DNA of 64,000 bases from Alphaproteobacteria bacterium. Lineage in GTDB: Bacteria > Pseudomonadota > Alphaproteobacteria > Paracaedibacterales > CAITNM01. How positions within the stretch are numbered: the stretch's first letter is position 1; every line of letters begins with the position of its first letter. Of the stretch, positions 39,172 through 46,871 are shown one piece after another. Both the position numbers and the translations under genes were made by a program. The stretch is taken from NCBI GenBank assembly GCA_947487955.1, contig CANKYV010000003.1, positions 15,165 through 79,164 on the forward strand. The letters are read 5' to 3'. The notes under the pieces are model-generated. The model ran no database searches and had not been told where the DNA came from. It was given only the letters and a program-made list of their open reading frames with translations.

Positions 39172-40743
39172 TTAAGCTGTCTTTATAGTATTGTTTTCTT
39201 TAATTTCAATCAGGTTTTCTTCTACAATTTTGTATAAGCGCCCTTCTCTTGGGCAAACCAAATCTTCCCCAAGTTTCTCGCCGGCATGACTAACCCAACC
39301 AATTTGCTTTGCTGGATTACCAACCATTACCGCATGAGGTTTTACATTTTTTGTAACCACAGCACCTGCACCAATTAAACTATATGCACCCAAACGATTA
39401 CCACACACAATGGTAGCGTTTGCACCAATAGTTACTCCGCGCTCTACGTGAGTTTTACGAAACTCATCCTTACGCTCTATCTCTGCCCTAGGATTATGCA
39501 CATTAGTAAAGACGCAAGAAGGACCACAGAAAACACCGTCTTCTAAAACAACTCCTTTGTAAAGACTCACATTATTTTGAACCTTGCAACGATCACCTAT
39601 TACAACATCAGGACCAATCATTACATTTTGCCCAATTACGCAATCCTCGCCTATTTTTGTTCCTTTAATAATATGCGAAAAATGCCAAATTTTTGTACCC
39701 TGACCAATTTCACACCCAGCATCAACAATTGCTGTTTCATGAGTAAAATAGAGCGCAACTTCATTATTTAAAGTAACCGTAGTAGATGAATGCAATGATT
39801 GCTGAGCTGCCTCTAAAACTTGCAATACTTGTAATCCCTCAAAACCATCAGTACGTGGTTTTTTATTATTTTTAATACTGTCAATAAAGTGCTGACACTC
39901 AAGTTTCAATGGCTCAGCAACCTCCAATGGCACATGAACAACATCAGCTTTTTCTGGCTGAGGCAACCCATCCACCCAAGTAACTTGATGAGGATAAAGC
40001 TTTAATTTCTCTCCCCAAGGCAATCCATCGTCAAAAACAGCCATACCTCGATCACCAACAACAACCAGCTTCTGCTCTTTGTATGGGTGCAACCAAGAAA
40101 CAAAAATGTGTGCTTGAATTCCATTTTTGAACGACATGTGTGTAGTCGTCACATCATGAATACGAGGATTAAGATGACAGGCACCTGTTGCGTAAACTTT
40201 TTCTGGTAAATCACTTGCTAAGCTTAAAATCATGGAAATGTCATGCGGAGCAAAACTCCATAGAATATTCTCTTCATTACGAAATTTACCCAGATTTAAA
40301 CGGTTAGAGTAAATATACTGAAGACGCCCAAGATTACCTTTAGATATAAGCTGCTTTAGCTCTAAAAAGGCAGGATGATACTGCAGCAAATGCCCCACCA
40401 TAAGCTTACGATCTGCTTGTGTGGATAATTCGCACAATTTTCGTGCTTCTTCAACCTTTAAAGATAAGGGCTTTTCTACAAATACATGTTTGCCTGCCTT
40501 AAGCACTTTTTGCGTTAGGTCAAAATGCTGCGCTGCAGGCGCTGCAATCACAACGCCATCAACGTCACTTTGCAACACTTGTTCTAGGGTTAGAGCTGGA
40601 ATACCATAAGTTTGGGAGGCAACATTGGCTAACTCTGAGTTAGCATCGCACACTGAATGCAGAGCACCAATCTCGGAAAAATTACGAACTAAGTTTTTGC
40701 CCCAATATCCGCAACCTACAACAGATATTTTTATATTATGCAT
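39172..40743 (-). CDS. Bifunctional Gfo/Idh/MocA oxidoreductase (WlbA-like) fused to a left-handed beta-helix N-acetyltransferase (WlbB/WbpD-like)
   Basis: 523 aa. The N-terminal ~330 aa carry VVGCGYWGKNLVRNF...VFVEKPL (Gfo/Idh/MocA). The C-terminal ~190 aa carry hexapeptide repeats and ...VFCGPSCVFTNVHNPRAEIERKDEFRKT.V..G..IGANATIVCG, closely resembling WlbB. Confidence 0.85.
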   Translation of the reverse strand: MHNIKISVVGCGYWGKNLVRNFSEIGALHSVCDANSELANVASQTYGIPALTLEQVLQSDVDGVVIAAPAAQHFDLTQKVLKAGKHVFVEKPLSLKVEEARKLCELSTQADRKLMVGHLLQYHPAFLELKQLISKGNLGRLQYIYSNRLNLGKFRNEENILWSFAPHDISMILSLASDLPEKVYATGACHLNPRIHDVTTTHMSFKNGIQAHIFVSWLHPYKEQKLVVVGDRGMAVFDDGLPWGEKLKLYPHQVTWVDGLPQPEKADVVHVPLEVAEPLKLECQHFIDSIKNNKKPRTDGFEGLQVLQVLEAAQQSLHSSTTVTLNNEVALYFTHETAIVDAGCEIGQGTKIWHFSHIIKGTKIGEDCVIGQNVMIGPDVVIGDRCKVQNNVSLYKGVVLEDGVFCGPSCVFTNVHNPRAEIERKDEFRKTHVERGVTIGANATIVCGNRLGAYSLIGAGAVVTKNVKPHAVMVGNPAKQIGWVSHAGEKLGEDLVCPREGRLYKIVEENLIEIKENNTIKTA

Positions 40744-40749
40744 GATTTT

Positions 40750-42519
40750 TTACCTTATTTTTTGAAGATTTTCGTAACTAGCAATTTGATTGACTTGCCC
40801 CTGCTTCATCATCACAATTCGATCACATTCTTTGAGCGTCGTTAACCTGTGCGCAATCATAATTACCGTACGATTTTTACTAACAGCCTGAATTGTTTTC
40901 ATTAATCGCGCTTCCGTTTCATTATCAAGAGCAGAGGTTGCCTCATCAAAAATAAGAACCTCGGGATTACGGTATAACGCACGCGCAATTGCAATGCGCT
41001 GACGTTCACCCCCTGACAGCCTAATGCCCCGCTCTCCAACTATTGTTTTTGAACCTTGAGGCAAATTATTAATAAACTTACGCAGCTGAGCCGCATCTAT
41101 AGCTGCGTTTAATTTAATTTTATCGATTTCTTTTTCACCAAAAGCAATATTAGCTTCAATTGCATCATCTATTAAATACACACTTTGCGGAACGTACCCA
41201 ATCTTTTGATGCCATTGATAAGAACTCACTGTAAATTTATTATCGATCAGAACTTGGCCGTGATAGGGCTTTAAAAGCCCCAAAATAATATCAACCAATG
41301 TCGATTTACCTGATCCCGTTTCACCAATAATCCCTATGCATTCTCCTTTTTTAATATCCAAGAAAATATTTTGAAGAGCATCTTTTTCAGTATTGAGATA
41401 TCTAAAGGAAACATTTGTTAAATTGATTAATTCATCAAATTTAAAATTAGGCACATCTTCATAGGTTTTTTTTACAGCTATTGAAGTATACTCATTGCAA
41501 ACTCGATCTACAGAAGAAATACTGCTTTTTAAAATATTCAACTGATTTATTATACGATTTAGTCCAGGCATCAACCGAAATCCAGCATAAAGATATCCGC
41601 CCAATATACCAATCATTTGCACTGGGCTCTCGTGATCAAAGCATAAAATAGCAATAGCCAAGACAAAAATGCCCACAAACAGTGTTTCAATAACCAATCT
41701 TGGCAACACATTTGTAGCCGTTTGTAGAGCTTGCACACGAGACTTTTTATGAGAATAATGCCGATACGCATCAATAAAAGCCTCACGCTTCCCAAGCAAT
41801 ACTATCTCTTTAAAGCCGTGAAAAAACTGCAACAAATTTTGACTGCAAAAAAGTGATGCCTCTTGCAAACGTTGCCCCCATTTGTAAAACTGCGGTAACA
41901 AACCTTTTACCATCGTAAATCCAAAAGTAGCGCCAATAGCAAAAATCATAAAAGCTAATGATGGATTCATAAAAATAATCATTCCGATTAAACACAAAAA
42001 TATTGTGCTTTCAGACAAAATTATGGCAATAGACATCATACCACCAGAAAACATCAATTCTGAATCTCCACCTACAACAGCTAAGCCAAGTGATGAATTT
42101 CTTGTGAGGTAAAATGCATAATCGGCCTCAGCATACCTATATAACAACTTATTCTTAAAATGATAACTCATTTTTTGGATAGAAAAATTTTGATAAAAAG
42201 CTTCTGCAGCTGCCACAAGATTTTTGACTAAATACACACCACCCACAGCAATGGCGATATAAAAAACAACACGTCCTGGAGATAAATTTCCTTCTAAACC
42301 AACCATACTTAAGTACTTTATTCCAAATTCAGGCTGATTAAGAACTTGCGCAAAAATCACAACCAGAGAAGCAGTAATAATCTCAAAAAATGATGAGAAC
42401 AGAGCAAAGCCAACGATTCCTAACCACTTAACTTTCTCTTCTTTAGTAAGCAAAAATCTTAGTTTTTGAATTGCTGATAATATAGATGGTGCAGATGACA
42501 CTTTTTTCGTATTTTCCAT
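40750..42519 (-). CDS. Fused permease/ATPase ABC exporter (type I, MsbA/PglK-like)
   Basis: N-terminal six-helix TMD. Walker A GETGSGKST, signature LSGGERQRIAIARAL, Walker B LIFDEATSALD. I chose the start at MENTKK (42519), with 42549 as an alternative. Confidence 0.9.
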   Translation of the reverse strand: MENTKKVSSAPSILSAIQKLRFLLTKEEKVKWLGIVGFALFSSFFEIITASLVVIFAQVLNQPEFGIKYLSMVGLEGNLSPGRVVFYIAIAVGGVYLVKNLVAAAEAFYQNFSIQKMSYHFKNKLLYRYAEADYAFYLTRNSSLGLAVVGGDSELMFSGGMMSIAIILSESTIFLCLIGMIIFMNPSLAFMIFAIGATFGFTMVKGLLPQFYKWGQRLQEASLFCSQNLLQFFHGFKEIVLLGKREAFIDAYRHYSHKKSRVQALQTATNVLPRLVIETLFVGIFVLAIAILCFDHESPVQMIGILGGYLYAGFRLMPGLNRIINQLNILKSSISSVDRVCNEYTSIAVKKTYEDVPNFKFDELINLTNVSFRYLNTEKDALQNIFLDIKKGECIGIIGETGSGKSTLVDIILGLLKPYHGQVLIDNKFTVSSYQWHQKIGYVPQSVYLIDDAIEANIAFGEKEIDKIKLNAAIDAAQLRKFINNLPQGSKTIVGERGIRLSGGERQRIAIARALYRNPEVLIFDEATSALDNETEARLMKTIQAVSKNRTVIMIAHRLTTLKECDRIVMMKQGQVNQIASYENLQKIR

Positions 42520-42603
42520 AGCTACCGCAGTCCGGGTGAAAAGCACCAAACTGCAAAAATTTAAGTTATATTTTTAAAGCAAAATCGCCTTAAAAAATTA
42601 TCG

Positions 42604-43107
42604 TTATGCTGCTTCCACAGCATAAATGGGAAGAATTGTTTTCATCTCTCTTCCCATAAAACTTAGCAATAAATGAACGCGGCTTTTATCATCAAGGGCA
42701 TCAAATCTTGCTTCCTGATCTTTAAAAGCCCCCTCGCAAATGCGAACTTTGTTCCCTTTTGTAAAAGCCACCAAGCTTGCCATCAGAACAACCTCGCTGC
42801 TAACTTCTTGCCCCATCAATTCATCGATCACTCTACATGGAACTTGCGCTGGTTTCAAATCATTACTCATCAATAAATGAGACACCCCACGCGCACCATT
42901 AATACTACGCCATTGAGCAGATTTCATGTCCATACCAACAAATATATAACGCGGAAAGAGAGGCGCTAAAATTTCATCAACTTTACGTGCATGTCGACGC
43001 ATTTTTTTAAATCTTGGCGCATAAACTTCATACCCCATATCCAGCAAGTTTTTTTTAGCAACAAGCTCTTTTAAAGGTTGAGTATAAGCAACACACCATG
43101 TTATCAC
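42604..43107 (-). CDS. NusG-family paralog (RfaH/specialised-NusG-like transcription antiterminator)
   Basis: NGN-domain pattern W.VAYTQP..E..A...L...G.EVY.P......R...K..E...PLFPRYIFV plus a C-terminal KOW-like FTKGNKVRICEGAF. The GTG at 43107 forms a GTGA overlap with the upstream gene's stop; the ORF-track start is 43158. Confidence 0.75.
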   Translation of the reverse strand: MITWCVAYTQPLKELVAKKNLLDMGYEVYAPRFKKMRRHARKVDEILAPLFPRYIFVGMDMKSAQWRSINGARGVSHLLMSNDLKPAQVPCRVIDELMGQEVSSEVVLMASLVAFTKGNKVRICEGAFKDQEARFDALDDKSRVHLLLSFMGREMKTILPIYAVEAA

Positions 43108-43682
43108 GGTTTCACCTTCGAAATATGTAACAGTTCTAATGTCAATAATCGCTGACACTCAATTTTACTCTTAATAGCATCATATGTTTCTTGTGGATTT
43201 ATAATATCTGTAACAAAAACAGCGTCATACTTTTTAAAATCCGCACTGATATCCACAACTTCCACAATGACGCCTGTTCCATGCGCAACAAGCCTTGCAA
43301 TGTCTGCTAAATCTCCACTACCAACAAGCGCTACCACTAACCATTTATGAGATTTGCATACTTCAAAAATTTCTTCACACTGTGTACGGGCATCCCTAAA
43401 AAAAGTCATCGAACGCGCTAGATAATTGGTCACCATAAGACTTTTTTCTGAAAATCCTTTTGGCGTTAAAAAATATGTAATACGACGCGGTGAAAGCTGA
43501 GAGGCTCGAATCCAACCCTTTGTAACACAACTCTTCAGATATTGATTCATTAAACCTAAAGCAATACCAAGTTCACCAGCTAAACCTCGCTGAGTAAAAG
43601 ATGGATTGCGCTCGATCTCACTTAAGAGATGCACCATGACCTTTTGCTCCGCATGCTCACGAGTATCTTGAAAAGTAGCCAT
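43104..43682 (-). CDS. Winged-helix (MarR/EPS-associated type) transcriptional regulator with an extra C-terminal Rossmann-like domain
   Basis: The N-terminal ~100 aa carry ...NPSFTQRGLAGELGIALGLMNQYLKSCVTKGWI....YFLTPKGF..K (wHTH). The C-terminal part carries VVALVGSGDLADIARL..., a G-x-G-containing beta-alpha-beta-like segment. It is the first gene of the locus. Confidence 0.65.
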   Translation of the reverse strand: MATFQDTREHAEQKVMVHLLSEIERNPSFTQRGLAGELGIALGLMNQYLKSCVTKGWIRASQLSPRRITYFLTPKGFSEKSLMVTNYLARSMTFFRDARTQCEEIFEVCKSHKWLVVALVGSGDLADIARLVAHGTGVIVEVVDISADFKKYDAVFVTDIINPQETYDAIKSKIECQRLLTLELLHISKVKP

Positions 43683-43835
43683 TAATTTGTAATTCTAGAG
43701 TTGGTTATGTTCATGAACAGAACGTACATTACTCTTAAAAAAGAGTCAAATATTAATAACATATAATCAAAACTTGAAAAATGCACATTACCTTGCTATA
43801 TGTTACGGTAAGATGGTATTAGTCTGATTAGGTCT

Positions 43836-44624
43836 ATGTCACAAGAAACTCAAAATTTCGTTCATGCACGCCAAACACGCCGTAAGGAGCTGTTTAATGG
43901 CCGCACGAAGATATTGTTTGATGGTCCTGAACCAGGAACATTGGTTTTATATTTTAAAGACAGCCTTGATCAAAAAGGAGATTTGCAAGCTTCAACCGCT
44001 CATGGTGCGCTGAATAATCGTTTTTCTGAACTGCTAATGCAGCGCTTAAATCAAATTGGCGTTGAAACACATTTGATCAAACGTTTAAATATGCGTGAAC
44101 AACTTGTTCGATTAGCGGATCCTATGCCATTTCGTTTTCGCGTTCACAATATTGCGATTGATTCTTTAGCAACTTTGTTCAATCTAGAACCTGGCACAGT
44201 ACTTAGCGAACCCATTATTGAATTGTACCTAAAAAATGATAAAGGTGAACAAACAGTTATAGCCCCACAACATGCTTATGCTCTTGGTTGGGCGCAAGAA
44301 GAAGAACTTGAAGTCTTATTTAGTGCTATTCGCCGTATTAATGATTTTCTGCTCGGGCAATTTTTAGCTTTAAATCTTCGCTTAGCAAATTATTGCCTAG
44401 AATTTGGCCGCATCTTTACTCAAGATTTTTTTGAATCCACTAAACTTATTTTAATAGATGCATTTGGACTAGATTCCTCATCAATTTTAGACACTCAATC
44501 GGGTGAACGCTTAGATTCCGGCGCAAGTTTTGGCACAAATTGGACTGGCTGCAAAGAAGTTGCACGCCGCTTTGGGTTACTTGAGTATTTAAATACTGAA
44601 GCTACAACTCAAGAGGCAGCTTAA
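43836..44624 (+). CDS. SAICAR synthetase (PurC)-like protein, strongly diverged in catalytic motifs
   Basis: It is collinear with alphaproteobacterial PurC (GRTKILFDGPEPGTLVLYFKD; LNNR; IKRLNMREQL). The segments I recall as substrate-binding are replaced: DDATAFN becomes DSLDQKG, ADEISPDSCRLWD becomes IDAFGLDSSSILD, and DKDRFRRD is absent. Confidence 0.6.
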   Translation: MSQETQNFVHARQTRRKELFNGRTKILFDGPEPGTLVLYFKDSLDQKGDLQASTAHGALNNRFSELLMQRLNQIGVETHLIKRLNMREQLVRLADPMPFRFRVHNIAIDSLATLFNLEPGTVLSEPIIELYLKNDKGEQTVIAPQHAYALGWAQEEELEVLFSAIRRINDFLLGQFLALNLRLANYCLEFGRIFTQDFFESTKLILIDAFGLDSSSILDTQSGERLDSGASFGTNWTGCKEVARRFGLLEYLNTEATTQEAA

Positions 44625-44627
44625 ATT

Positions 44628-44849
44628 ATGCCTATCCTTTTATCAGATTTAGAGCATCGTTTAAAAACAGCGTTCCCTAATGGAAACGTCATCATAACTG
44701 ATTTAGCCGGTGACAATGATCATTACCTAGCAGATATTACTTGTGCAAGCTTTAAAGGCTTAAACCGAATACAACAACATCAAAAGGTTTACGCAGCACT
44801 TAAAGAATGTAATATTCATGCTTTATCTATAAAAACAAATCATAATTGA
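44628..44849 (+). CDS. bolA: BolA-family protein
   Basis: 73 aa. BolA pattern DLAGDNDHY...SF.G...I.QH..VY.AL.....IHALSIKT. grxD follows. Confidence 0.85.
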   Translation: MPILLSDLEHRLKTAFPNGNVIITDLAGDNDHYLADITCASFKGLNRIQQHQKVYAALKECNIHALSIKTNHN

Positions 44850-44859
44850 GAGGAATGTC

Positions 44860-45189
44860 ATGAGCGATGCACACCAACAAATTGATGAATTAGTTAAAGG
44901 GAACGACATTGTCATATTTATGAAAGGCACTACTACTATGCCTATGTGCGGATTCTCAGCAACCGTTATACAAATCCTTAATCAACTTAAGGTTCCCTTT
45001 AAAGACATCAATGTACTTATCGATCCAACTCTTCGCCAAGGCGTTAAGGATTACACCAACTGGCCTACAATTCCTCAATTATATGTCAAAGGCGAATTTA
45101 TTGGCGGGTGCGATATAGTAAAAGAAATGTTTCAAAACGGTGAGTTACAAACGCTTTTAAAACAAAAACAACTTTTAAACGATGAATGA
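44860..45189 (+). CDS. grxD: Monothiol glutaredoxin (Grx4 family)
   Basis: 109 aa. CGFS active site, then WPTIPQLYVKGEFIGGCDI. Confidence 0.95.
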   Translation: MSDAHQQIDELVKGNDIVIFMKGTTTMPMCGFSATVIQILNQLKVPFKDINVLIDPTLRQGVKDYTNWPTIPQLYVKGEFIGGCDIVKEMFQNGELQTLLKQKQLLNDE

Positions 45190-45851
45190 AAAATCCAGCT
45201 GGCCGAGTTATCTTAAAATCAAAAAAGAAGCGAACTCAATCATCGCGTAACTGGCTTTTACGTCAACTTAATGATCCTTTTGTTGCAAAGGCTAAGCAGG
45301 CAGGGTACCGCTCAAGAGCCGCTTTCAAACTTGTTGAAATTGACCAAAAGTATAAAATTTTCAAATCTGGCCAAACAGTTATTGATCTTGGCGCAGCCCC
45401 TGGTGGATGGACTCAGGTTATTGCTGAAAAAATCTCAAGTAAAGGTAAGGTTATCGCTCTTGATTTGCAAGATATTGAACCTTTTAGCAATCCTAATACT
45501 TTCATTATCAAAGGAGACTTTGAAGATGAATCTGCACAACAACAATTATTGCAACATGTAGATTTGGCAAATGTCATCGTTTCAGACATGGCTGCTGCCG
45601 CGTGCGGCATTCCTTCCGTTGATCACATTCGCATTCTCAATCTTTTAGAATCTGCTTTAAATTTTTCCCTTAGCCATTTAGCAAAGAATGGATCATTTGT
45701 TGCTAAGGTTTTACGGGGAGGCACAGAAGGAGAACTATTAAAAAAACTAAAAATTCACTTCACTAAAGTTGTACATTTTAAACCTAATTCAAGTCGACAA
45801 GATTCTGCTGAAATGTACGTTGTTGCTATAGGATTTAAAGGAAATCATTAA
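45186..45851 (+). CDS. rlmE: 23S rRNA (uridine2552-2'-O)-methyltransferase RlmE (FtsJ)
   Basis: SSRNWLLRQLNDPFV..A...GYRSRAA.KL.EID, and the SAM motif DLGAAPGGWTQV. ATGA overlap with the grxD stop. Confidence 0.9.
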   Translation: MKNPAGRVILKSKKKRTQSSRNWLLRQLNDPFVAKAKQAGYRSRAAFKLVEIDQKYKIFKSGQTVIDLGAAPGGWTQVIAEKISSKGKVIALDLQDIEPFSNPNTFIIKGDFEDESAQQQLLQHVDLANVIVSDMAAAACGIPSVDHIRILNLLESALNFSLSHLAKNGSFVAKVLRGGTEGELLKKLKIHFTKVVHFKPNSSRQDSAEMYVVAIGFKGNH

Positions 45852-45908
45852 TAGAAAATTAATAATTCCCATTATAGACTCAAGGTATCAAATTCATCAG
45901 AGCTTCAT

Positions 45909-46754
45909 ATGAAAAAGTTTTTTTTACTAGGTATCTTTTTTCAAGCAATATCTTTAACTTGTAGCATTTTTTCAATGGAACAGGAGGAATTGTCTAATCA
46001 AAGTAATGCTTCAGTACATGGTGTTACGTTAAGTAAAAATCCCGAGAATCCCAATGAAATCTGGATCAGATTAAGCCCAGAGATGCCTACATTAATAAAT
46101 CCATTATTTGCAAGAATAAATTCTAAATTTGGTGTTTTTGTAACAGAAACATTTAGAGAGCACTTATTTTTTGTCCCCGAGGTATTCACCACGCAAGAAT
46201 CACAAGATTGGTATGTGGAAACCTTAATAAATCTAACTAGAGCATACGGATTTGATAGATTAGTAAATTCTGAGCTTATGCCAAAACTTAATATGAATAC
46301 TTTACCAACCATTATTTTTAATCCTTTTATCACAATTTTAAATGAAATTTATACCTGCGAATCACGTGTTAATGAAGTAGAGAGATTATTTTTATTCTGT
46401 GACGCCTTTATGAAAGGTTCAGAAATTGAGACTAAATTAACTAGCATAACAAGCTCTGAGGAAGGTGATAATACAGCGATTAGTGCTTTTTGTGAAGAAA
46501 AAGCACGAGAAAAAAATAGAATTGGTTCATTAAAAAATCTTATGATTGTAACTGATATTGGCTTTAAATATTTGGGCTATAGTAATCCCGCAGAAGCTCA
46601 AATGAACACTCACTTTGCAGTTCTCAAAACAAAAATAAAAGAGAGCGTAACAAGAATTACGTCTTTACTTAATGAATTGAGCAATCGAAAAACCATAGAA
46701 CAGCGCAATCAATACTTTACAAGTTTGTCTGAAGATATAGAGGAAGCGGCATAA
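45909..46754 (+). CDS. Hypothetical secreted protein (orphan)
   Basis: 281-aa ORF with a signal-like N-terminus (MKKFFLLGIFFQAISLTCSIFS). I recognise no family motif. Confidence 0.5.
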   Translation: MKKFFLLGIFFQAISLTCSIFSMEQEELSNQSNASVHGVTLSKNPENPNEIWIRLSPEMPTLINPLFARINSKFGVFVTETFREHLFFVPEVFTTQESQDWYVETLINLTRAYGFDRLVNSELMPKLNMNTLPTIIFNPFITILNEIYTCESRVNEVERLFLFCDAFMKGSEIETKLTSITSSEEGDNTAISAFCEEKAREKNRIGSLKNLMIVTDIGFKYLGYSNPAEAQMNTHFAVLKTKIKESVTRITSLLNELSNRKTIEQRNQYFTSLSEDIEEAA

Positions 46755-46871
46755 ACTGATGATAACCAACCATTATTGACCTTAACAGCCTTCATGACTT
46801 TATTGCATTAGCACACAATAGGCTTTATTGTGATGAAATAAAAAATACAATACCATATTAGAAATTTTGTT

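Noticed and set aside
42550-43835. Search for an RfaH-type ops element (GGCGGTAG) in the leaders upstream of the regulator and between the NusG paralog and the ABC exporter gene.
   Set aside because: No match was seen on the transcribed strand. Any recruitment signal for the NusG paralog would have to be a different, unknown motif.
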